From contig CAYVNL010000065.1 in assembly GCA_964452925.1 (NCBI GenBank), forward strand, positions 1-28,348: a stretch of DNA of 28,348 nt. The letters are read 5' to 3'. The translations under genes and the position numbers were made by a program. This stretch comes from an uncultured Candidatus Saccharibacteria bacterium (GTDB lineage Bacteria > Patescibacteriota > Minisyncoccia > Minisyncoccales > CSSED10-335). The notes beneath the pieces were generated by a model. It worked only from the letters and a program-made list of their open reading frames with translations, made no database searches and had not been told where the DNA came from. Shown piece by piece: positions 1-6,738 of the stretch; position 1 is the first letter of the stretch; every line of letters starts with the position of its first letter.

Positions 1-6
1 TTATTA

Positions 7-1146
7 ATGGTTTTATTTTTTATAATTCCAATTATTGTATTTTCTTTTTATTCATTATTTTTAGGTGTAGATATTATTATTTGGCCTGAAACAAAAGAAA
101 TTTTTTACGATGATCTTGTTGAGGTTAATATGGAGTCCTTTCACCACGATATTGAATTAGGAATTATTCCTGGAAAAACTATAGTGATGCAAAAAAATAT
201 TTCTAAAAACTTTCTTTCTTCTGGAACTGAAGTAGAAGAAAAAAAAGCAGAAGGACTTTTAACGATCTACAATAATCATTCAGCTCAATCACAAACACTT
301 GTTGCCGAAACTAGATTCATGTCTTCAGATGGAAAGCTTTTTAGGTCTACGGAAAGAGTTGTTATCCCTGGAAGAACTCAAGATGGTGGTAGGTTTATTC
401 CTGGAGAAGCTAGTGTAATCGTTAGGGCAGTTGAATCAGGAGAAGATTATAACTTAGATAAAAATACAAAATTTTCAATTCCTGGACTTCAAGGGACGGT
501 GATGTATACATCAATTCATGCAGAAAACAATGAACCAATAACCGGTGGTTTTATGGGTAGTTTTAAAAAAGTTACGGAAAAAGACGTAAAAGAGGCCAAG
601 GAAGTTATTATGTTAGAAATAATTAACGAGACAGAAAAAGATATTAACGATAGTTCGGAGGGATTTATTTTTGAAGAAGAACTTGTTGATATTATTATAA
701 CAGAAGAATCTGTTAGTCCGGAAATAGGCGAAAGAAACGATGGCTTTACATATTCTTTAAAGGCAGAGGTTAGGGTTTCTTCTTTTAAAGAAAGTGATTT
801 AATTAAGTTCTTAGAAGGTTTTTTCTTTTCAAGAATTAAAGAAGAAAAAGATGTCTTTATAAATAGATTGTACAAGGAAAGCCTAACTTTTACATATAAA
901 CCAGAAATAAAAATAAATAGAAGCAATAATTTTGATATATCTGTTGAGTCTTCAGTTTTTTATTATCCATCTATTATAGACGAATTAATAAAAAAGAAGA
1001 TTAGTGGTAAAAAAATTAATGAAGCTAGGATTATATTTAGCGACTATGAAGAAATAGAGAAAATGGAAATTAATAGTTGGCCTTCTTGGATAAAAAAAAT
1101 TCCTAACACAAAAAGAATAAAAATTAAAACCATAATTGATTTATAG
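7..1146 (+). CDS. Membrane-anchored hypothetical protein with a baseplate J/gp47-like central domain; probably 5'-truncated by the window edge
   Basis: N-terminal hydrophobic helix (VLFFIIPIIVFSFYSLFLG). Central segment AEGLLTIYNN...QTLVAETRF...FRSTERVVIPG...VRAVESGEDYN...FSIPG...TGG resembles baseplate-J-like repeats. Frame is open back to base 1. Confidence 0.55.
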   Translation: MVLFFIIPIIVFSFYSLFLGVDIIIWPETKEIFYDDLVEVNMESFHHDIELGIIPGKTIVMQKNISKNFLSSGTEVEEKKAEGLLTIYNNHSAQSQTLVAETRFMSSDGKLFRSTERVVIPGRTQDGGRFIPGEASVIVRAVESGEDYNLDKNTKFSIPGLQGTVMYTSIHAENNEPITGGFMGSFKKVTEKDVKEAKEVIMLEIINETEKDINDSSEGFIFEEELVDIIITEESVSPEIGERNDGFTYSLKAEVRVSSFKESDLIKFLEGFFFSRIKEEKDVFINRLYKESLTFTYKPEIKINRSNNFDISVESSVFYYPSIIDELIKKKISGKKINEARIIFSDYEEIEKMEINSWPSWIKKIPNTKRIKIKTIIDL

Positions 1147-1158
1147 TAAAGCTAATAC

Positions 1159-1187
1159 TTGACTTAAGCTTAAGTTTTTGATATTCT
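1159..1187 (+). promoter_or_regulatory. Sigma70-type promoter for the infA-alpha-rplM-rpsI operon
   Basis: TTGACT (1159-1164), 17 nt spacer, TATTCT (1182-1187) preceded by TG at 1179-1180 (extended -10). Spacer overlaps the perfect palindrome ACTTAAGCTTAAGT (1162-1175). Confidence 0.7.
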
Positions 1188-1221
1188 CCATTAGCTAAGC
1201 TTTTAGTTAGTTCTCGATAAA

Positions 1222-1443
1222 ATGAATATAAATAAAGGGGTCATACAAAAACAAGGCACAATAATCGAATCATTACCAAACGCTCATTTTAAAGTAAAGC
1301 TTGATGATGGAGGAGAGATAATGGCTCATCTCGCAGGAAAAATGAGAATGTATAGAATTAGAGTTTTGCCTGGTGATGTTGTTACGATTGAAATGTCTAG
1401 CCTTAACGACACCAGAGGTAGAATTGTCTATAGAAAAAAATGA
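1222..1443 (+). CDS. infA: Translation initiation factor IF-1
   Basis: [13 protein letters not shown]...[25 protein letters not shown]...RGRIVYR matches the IF-1 signature. Confidence 0.98.
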   Translation: MNINKGVIQKQGTIIESLPNAHFKVKLDDGGEIMAHLAGKMRMYRIRVLPGDVVTIEMSSLNDTRGRIVYRKK

Positions 1444-1553
1444 AAGTTAAATCATCAGTAAAAAAAATTTGCAAGGACTGTAAAATTGTTCGGCGAAAAG
1501 GCCGAGTTTATGTAATATGCATAAACAAAAAACATAAACAAAGACAAGGATAA
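1440..1553 (+). CDS. rpmJ: 50S ribosomal protein L36 (37 aa; missing from the ORF track)
   Basis: Manual translation [37 protein letters not shown]; zinc-type CxxC...C...H; ATGA overlap with infA. Confidence 0.98.
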   Translation: MKVKSSVKKICKDCKIVRRKGRVYVICINKKHKQRQG

Positions 1554-1557
1554 AAAT

Positions 1558-1947
1558 ATGCCAAGAATTGCAGGAGTAAATCTTCCTGAAAATAAAAAAA
1601 TAGAGATATCTTTAAGATATATCCTAGGAATAGGACCTTCTTTAAGTAGCAAGGTTTTAGATGAGGTTAATATAGATAAAAATAAAAAAACATCAGAACT
1701 TACCCCAGAAGAAGTTCAAAAGCTAAAAGAGGCTATAGAAAAGAAATATAGAATTGAAGGAGACTTAAGGAAAGATATAATGATGAATATCAAAAGACTA
1801 AAAGAAATAGGTTGTTGGAGGGGATCTAGACATTCCAAAGGACTACCAGCTAGAGGGCAAAGAACAAAAACAAACAGCAGGACGGTTAGGGGAAACACAA
1901 GGAAAACGGTTGGTTCAGGAAGAAAATCTGCACCTTCACCTAAATAA
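1558..1947 (+). CDS. rpsM: 30S ribosomal protein S13
   Basis: MPRIAGVNLP...YILGIG...IEGDLR...RLKEIGCWRGSRH..GLPARGQRTKTNSRT. Confidence 0.98.
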   Translation: MPRIAGVNLPENKKIEISLRYILGIGPSLSSKVLDEVNIDKNKKTSELTPEEVQKLKEAIEKKYRIEGDLRKDIMMNIKRLKEIGCWRGSRHSKGLPARGQRTKTNSRTVRGNTRKTVGSGRKSAPSPK

Positions 1948-1955
1948 ATAATATT

Positions 1956-2405
1956 ATGGGCAAAAAAAGAATTATAGAAAAAACAAAAGAAGAACTTCTT
2001 TCTGAAAAAGAAAAACTAGATAAAGAGATGGTTAAAAGTTCTAAGAGTAAATCAAGAGGACTAAAGGAGGGAAGGATTCATATATTTTGTTCTTATAATA
2101 ATACAATAATTAGTCTTTTTGATTCACAGGGCAATACATTGGCTTGGTCAACTTCTGGAAACATAGGGTTTAAGGGTAGTAAAAAAGCGACCCCGTTTGC
2201 AGCGTCTAAAGTTGCTGAAGTTTTAGCTCAAAAAGCTCAAAAAATAGGCATTGATAAGGTTTCAATTTTTGTTAAAGGAATAGGTGGTGGTAGGGATTCA
2301 GCGATTAGATCTTTGGCTTCAAAAGGAATGGAAATAATTTCAATAAAAGACATTACGCCCATACCTCACAATGGTTGTCGACCTAAAAAATCAAGAAGAG
2401 TATAA
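1956..2405 (+). CDS. rpsK: 30S ribosomal protein S11 with charged N-terminal extension
   Basis: HIFCSYNNTII...GFKGSKKATPFAA...VKGIGGGRDSAIR...DITPIPHNGCRPKK. Confidence 0.98.
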   Translation: MGKKRIIEKTKEELLSEKEKLDKEMVKSSKSKSRGLKEGRIHIFCSYNNTIISLFDSQGNTLAWSTSGNIGFKGSKKATPFAASKVAEVLAQKAQKIGIDKVSIFVKGIGGGRDSAIRSLASKGMEIISIKDITPIPHNGCRPKKSRRV

Positions 2406-2408
2406 TAT

Positions 2409-3044
2409 ATGAAAGAAGCAAAATGTAAAATTTGTAGAAGATTAGGTGTTAAGCTTTTTCTAAAGGGAGAGCGTTGTTTTGGTCAGAAATGTGAAGTTAT
2501 TAAAAGAAATTATCCACCAGGAATAAGATCTAAGGTTAGAAATAAAAAAATTTCAGAATATGGAAAAGGTTTAATGGAGAAACAAAAGATTAGAAATTGG
2601 TATAATCTTAGCGAAAAACAATTTAGTAGATATGTAAAAGAAGTTCTTACCAGCAAAAATAAAGACGGTGAAGTTAGTACAGGAGACCTTCTTATAAAAA
2701 GAATAGAGAGTAGGCTAGATAATACTGTTTTTAGGATGGGTTTTGCATCTTCTCATTCAGAGGCAAGACAAATAGTTGGTCATGGTCACTTTAATGTTAA
2801 TGGAAAAAAAGTTGACATACCATCATATCACTTGAAAAAAGGAGATGAGGTTGAAGTTAGGGATAGATCAAAAAATAAAAAACAATTTCAAGAATTAAAA
2901 AATAAAATTAAATCTTTAAATCCTCCGGTATGGATCTCGCTAGATAAAAGTAATCTAAAAGGAAAGATAATAGAGTTTCCTACCTTAGAGGAAGCAAATA
3001 TTCCGATAGAAACCTCTCTTATATTTGAATTTTACTCAAAATAA
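2409..3044 (+). CDS. rpsD: 30S ribosomal protein S4 (zinc-ribbon type)
   Basis: KCKICRRLGVKLFLKGERC...C; SEYG..L.EKQK; ESRLDNTVFRMGFA..EARQIVGHGH; IFEFYSK end. Confidence 0.98.
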   Translation: MKEAKCKICRRLGVKLFLKGERCFGQKCEVIKRNYPPGIRSKVRNKKISEYGKGLMEKQKIRNWYNLSEKQFSRYVKEVLTSKNKDGEVSTGDLLIKRIESRLDNTVFRMGFASSHSEARQIVGHGHFNVNGKKVDIPSYHLKKGDEVEVRDRSKNKKQFQELKNKIKSLNPPVWISLDKSNLKGKIIEFPTLEEANIPIETSLIFEFYSK

Positions 3045-3062
3045 AAAATAAAAAATAAAAAC

Positions 3063-4007
3063 ATGATTTCTTTACCTTCCAAACCAAAAATAACGAAAAA
3101 AGAAGAAAACAAAGCCATCTTTGAAATAGAGGGGCTTTATCCTGGTTATGGTATGACGATAGGTAATAGCTTAAGAAGAGTTCTTTTCTCTTCGCTTGAA
3201 GGAGCAGCCATAACTCAATTAAAAATAGAAGGATGTCATCATGAGTTTTCTGCAATAGAGGGGGTACTAGAGGACGTTATTACAATTATATTAAATATTA
3301 AAAAATTAAGATTCAAGATTTATTCAGATGGTCCAGAAAAAGTATTTTTAAAAATTAAAGGAGAGAAAAAAGTTAAAGGATCTGACTTAGAGATACCGTC
3401 TCAGGTAGAGCTAATAAATAAAGATTCTCATATAGTAACTTTAACAGATAAAAAATCAGAACTTAATATGGAATTGTTAATAGAAAGAGGACTAGGATAC
3501 GTTGTTTCAGATCAAGAAAAAAGAGAAAAACTTGAAGTTGGACAAATATCAGTAGATGCTATATTTACCCCAATAAAGAATGTTAATTTTAGGGTTGAAA
3601 ACATGAGAGTTGGCAAGAGAACTGACTTTGATAGACTTTTTCTAGAGATAGAGACAGATGGTACAATTAACCCAGAAGAAGCATTCAAAAAATCATCTAA
3701 AATATTAGTAGATCACTTTCAATTATTACTAGGAAAAGAAGAATCAGTTAAAAAAGAAAATAAAGATATTGAAGTAAAAGAGATAGAAAGACCAGCGAAA
3801 GAAGAAAAGACGGAAGTAGAGAAAATGAAAATAGAAGATATTGGAATAAGCTCTAGGATAGCGAACATACTAGAAAAGAATAACATTAAGACAGTTTCAA
3901 AAATAGTAAAAAAGGGAAAAAAAGGAATAATTAAGATTGATGGAATGGGCGATGGAGGCATTAAAGAAATCACTAAAAAGTTAAAAAAAATTAACGTAGA
4001 ATTTTAG
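3063..4007 (+). CDS. rpoA: RNA polymerase alpha subunit
   Basis: PGYGMTIGNSLRRVL; HEFSAIEGVLEDV; DAIFTPIKNVNFRVENMRVG..TDFDRL..EIETDG; position between rpsD and rplQ. Confidence 0.98.
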   Translation: MISLPSKPKITKKEENKAIFEIEGLYPGYGMTIGNSLRRVLFSSLEGAAITQLKIEGCHHEFSAIEGVLEDVITIILNIKKLRFKIYSDGPEKVFLKIKGEKKVKGSDLEIPSQVELINKDSHIVTLTDKKSELNMELLIERGLGYVVSDQEKREKLEVGQISVDAIFTPIKNVNFRVENMRVGKRTDFDRLFLEIETDGTINPEEAFKKSSKILVDHFQLLLGKEESVKKENKDIEVKEIERPAKEEKTEVEKMKIEDIGISSRIANILEKNNIKTVSKIVKKGKKGIIKIDGMGDGGIKEITKKLKKINVEF

Positions 4008-4010
4008 TTT

Positions 4011-4358
4011 ATGAGAAAGAAAGTAAAGGGTAGAATTTTATCAAGAAAAAAAGATCAAAGAAAGGCATTGATGTGTTCTTTAGCTAGAGAGCTTTTTTTA
4101 AACGAAAAAATAAAAACCACTGAAGCAAAAGCTAAGGAGTTGTCTGTTTTTGCAGAAAAGAAAATTACAAAAGCAAAAAAACAAAACCTATCATCAAGAA
4201 GGCATCTTCTTAAGTTTTTTTCTGAGGATGTTGTAAAAAAAATGATAGATGATTTTTCTGTAAGATATAAAAATAGGTCAGGTGGTTATACTAGAATAAT
4301 TAAAATTGGACCTAGGAAAAGTGATGGTTCAAAGATGGTATTTATAGAATTATTATAA
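4011..4358 (+). CDS. rplQ: 50S ribosomal protein L17
   Basis: KIKTTEAKAKEL; RSGGYTRIIKIGPRKSDGSKMVFIEL. Confidence 0.97.
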   Translation: MRKKVKGRILSRKKDQRKALMCSLARELFLNEKIKTTEAKAKELSVFAEKKITKAKKQNLSSRRHLLKFFSEDVVKKMIDDFSVRYKNRSGGYTRIIKIGPRKSDGSKMVFIELL

Positions 4359-4362
4359 AAAC

Positions 4363-4710
4363 ATGGAAAGAGAAACATACAAAATAGATGGTACCGGAAA
4401 GTCTTTGGGAAGGCTTGCATCAGAAATAGCAATCATTTTAAGAGGTAAAGACAAGCCTCAATTTTATCCTCATAAAGATGATGGAGCTATAGTTGTTTTA
4501 GAAAACTCAGACAAGATAAAAGCAACAGGCAAGAAAAAGAATCAAAAACAATATTATCGTCATAGCGGATATCTTGGAGGGATAAAAAAAGAATCAATGG
4601 AATCCCTTGACCTAAGAAGACCAGGGGAAACGATAAGAAGAGCGGTTATGGGAATGCTTCCAAAAAATAAATTAAGATCTAAGATGATCAAAAGATTAAA
4701 GATAAAATAG
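4363..4710 (+). CDS. rplM: 50S ribosomal protein L13 (short, 115 aa)
   Basis: IDGTGKSLGRLAS..LRGK.KP...PH.D.G; YYRHSGYLGG; AVMGMLPKN; lacks the usual C-terminal tail. Confidence 0.96.
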   Translation: MERETYKIDGTGKSLGRLASEIAIILRGKDKPQFYPHKDDGAIVVLENSDKIKATGKKKNQKQYYRHSGYLGGIKKESMESLDLRRPGETIRRAVMGMLPKNKLRSKMIKRLKIK

Positions 4711-4713
4711 AAT

Positions 4714-5307
4714 ATGGCTGAAGAAAAAAAAGAAATAGAAAAAAAGAAGGTAATCAAAGCAAAAGAAAAGGTTGTTAAAAAGAAAAAAGATTCTAACGCT
4801 GCTGGTGATTTAAAAGTAAAAGAAACCATTAAGAAGAAAAAAGATTCTGATGTTGTTGATTTAGAAGCAAAAGAAAACAATCAAAGTGAGAAGATATTAA
4901 AAGAAGCAGAAAAAAAAGATTTTTATTTTGAAGCAGTTGGTAGAAGAAAAACATCTACTTCAAGGGTTCGTCTTTATGCAAAAGGTAAAAAAGAAATAAT
5001 AGTTAACGATAAGCCCTACGAATCTTACTTTTCAACAAAAGAACTTCAAAAGGTATTTATTTCACCCCTAACTAAAATGGGTTGTGATGATAAGTTTAGG
5101 GTTTCGGTTGTTGTTAAAGGTGGAGGAATAAACTCTCAAGCAGAAGCATCAAGACATGGGATATCTAGAGCATTGGTAGTTTTTAATCCTGAATTTAAAA
5201 AAAGACTGCGGAGAGCAGGTTATCTTACTAGAGACCCAAGACAAAGAGAAAGGAAAAAATTTGGTCTTAAAAGAGCTAGAAGAGCTCCTCAATGGAAAAA
5301 AAGATAA
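4714..5307 (+). CDS. rpsI: 30S ribosomal protein S9 with long Lys/Glu-rich N-terminal extension
   Basis: AVGRRKTSTSRVRL; VKGGG..SQAEA.RHGISRAL; LTRDPR..ERKKFGLKRARRAPQW.KR. Confidence 0.98.
   Translation: MAEEKKEIEKKKVIKAKEKVVKKKKDSNAAGDLKVKETIKKKKDSDVVDLEAKENNQSEKILKEAEKKDFYFEAVGRRKTSTSRVRLYAKGKKEIIVNDKPYESYFSTKELQKVFISPLTKMGCDDKFRVSVVVKGGGINSQAEASRHGISRALVVFNPEFKKRLRRAGYLTRDPRQRERKKFGLKRARRAPQWKKR
4774..4878 (+). repeat. Imperfect tandem duplication (54 + 51 nt) in the uS9 N-terminal extension
   Basis: VKKKKDSNAAGDLKVKET / IKKKKDSDVV-DLEAKEN; exact 15-mer AAGAAAAAAGATTCT at 4780 and 4834. Confidence 0.7.
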
Positions 5308-5320
5308 TACCATTCATGTT

Positions 5321-5345
5321 AACCACCCCCTAAAAGGGTGGTTTT
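5321..5345 (+). terminator. Intrinsic terminator of the ribosomal protein operon
   Basis: Stem AACCACCC / GGGTGGTT with 7 nt loop and following T run, just after the rpsI stop; overlaps the stop codon of the convergent gene. Confidence 0.8.
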
Positions 5346-6663
5346 AGTATATAGGGCTTTTTGATATAAATAACGTCTGATTAGATAAAAAGAATATTTT
5401 TTTTGTTGAAATATCAAAACCCATCTTTTTATTTAAACCAACGATTAAATCAACAATATTTAAATTATCTCTATTATCTATTTCTACGATTTTTATACCG
5501 TTCTTTGTGTTTAAAGCTATATAGTCAGAATTAATCCAATATATAGATTTTATTTCTTCAGAGAATCTGGTTAAAAAGATGTCGTTCCCATATTTTTTTG
5601 AAACCTCTTCGTTTATTTTATCGATTGAGAAAAGCCTTAATTCATGATCATTAAAGTAGGCTATTTTATTATAATCAGGGGAAATAATTGGTTTATTTTC
5701 TGAAATAAATAATAATTCGTTTTCTACAGAATAATAGTTATTGTTCTCCTTTATTATCATATTAGATGTTTTTGGTATATATAGCTCAATGTTTTCTTGT
5801 TTTAATTTTTTGGGTAACTCTAAAACTAGATCTTCATTTTCAGTTAAGATATTGTTTTCTGAGATTAAAAAAACTACACCACGATCATCTATTTCATAAC
5901 TTGTTATTTTCTCTGAAATTACGTAAGACTCATATTTCTTGTAATCATAAGAAAATAAAGTATCGTTTTCAATATAGAGAACTTCATGCTCTTTGTTTGG
6001 ATTTATTTTAACTTTTGTCTTTTTATCTATAAAAAAGACATCTTTCTTATCTTCGATGACAAAATAAATATCATTACCATTTTTTTTAATTGATCCTAAT
6101 ATTTTATTATCATTACTTGATATCACCTTTAAGTCGCTAGAATTATTAAGATTAGTGTCGCTTGAAGACAATAATAAACTTTTTTTATTATCAGTTAAAT
6201 TATACGAAACAAGACTCCATTCATTGTCATTTTCTTTTAAGATAAAAATAAAGTCTTTTTCTGTTGTAAAAAAATCTATAACATTTTCTACTGAAGTAAA
6301 ATCTATTTTCCTTGGAATTAAGGTTATGTTTTCAGCCTTAGTAACGATACCTTGATTTATTTTTAAGTTCTTTTTCCAAGGATAGTAACCTTCTTTTTTT
6401 ATTGTAACACTATATTTTTTAGGAATTAAGTTTTCAATATATATAGTTCCAAAAAATAAATCAGTTTTTCTGTTAATTTTAAAATCTTTTTCAAGAATTA
6501 ATATCTCGGAATTTTTAGGATTAATCTTAAAATAAAAAGAACCGGTTTGAACAATATTAAATTTATCAAAATCAATTCTATAACCCCTAGAATAAAGAAC
6601 GGCAGATGGCGATACTATTAAGAATAGTATTATTATTGAAAAAAATATTTTATTTTTATACAT
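5344..6663 (-). CDS. Membrane-anchored PEGA-like domain protein with probable beta-propeller C-terminal region
   Basis: N-terminal hydrophobic helix; GYRIDF...QTGSFYFKINPKNSEI...IENLIPKKYSVTIKKEGYYPWKK is PEGA-like; later beta-rich repeats (ISPDYNKIAYFN, IYWINSDYI, IKIVEID). Confidence 0.6.
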   Translation of the reverse strand: MYKNKIFFSIIILFLIVSPSAVLYSRGYRIDFDKFNIVQTGSFYFKINPKNSEILILEKDFKINRKTDLFFGTIYIENLIPKKYSVTIKKEGYYPWKKNLKINQGIVTKAENITLIPRKIDFTSVENVIDFFTTEKDFIFILKENDNEWSLVSYNLTDNKKSLLLSSSDTNLNNSSDLKVISSNDNKILGSIKKNGNDIYFVIEDKKDVFFIDKKTKVKINPNKEHEVLYIENDTLFSYDYKKYESYVISEKITSYEIDDRGVVFLISENNILTENEDLVLELPKKLKQENIELYIPKTSNMIIKENNNYYSVENELLFISENKPIISPDYNKIAYFNDHELRLFSIDKINEEVSKKYGNDIFLTRFSEEIKSIYWINSDYIALNTKNGIKIVEIDNRDNLNIVDLIVGLNKKMGFDISTKKIFFLSNQTLFISKSPIY

Positions 6664-6669
6664 AGAGTT

Positions 6670-6698
6670 ATTTTATATTATTTAGATACACTTGCCAA
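6670..6698 (-). promoter_or_regulatory. Sigma70-type promoter for the PEGA gene; predicted +1 falls on the ATG (leaderless)
   Basis: Minus strand TTGGCA (6698-6693), 17 nt, TAAAAT (6675-6670); 7 nt further is 6663, the A of ATG. Confidence 0.6.
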
Positions 6699-6720
6699 GC
6701 CTATTTTTATAGGTTAAAAT
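6692..6720 (+). promoter_or_regulatory. Sigma70-type promoter for the murA operon
   Basis: TTGCCA (6692-6697), 17 nt, TAAAAT (6715-6720); spacer holds the inverted repeat CCTAT-tttt-ATAGG. Confidence 0.7.
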
Positions 6721-6738
6721 AATATAAATAAAATAAAT

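Noticed and set aside
7-1146. Prophage or contractile injection system
   Set aside because: Only one baseplate-like gene with a TM anchor; no integrase, capsid, tail or att site in the window. The upstream flank is not visible.
3042-3061. (TAAAAAA)x3 repeat between rpsD and rpoA as a phase-variation site
   Set aside because: Short, intergenic, in very A-rich DNA and upstream of an essential gene; most likely just the A-rich initiation region.
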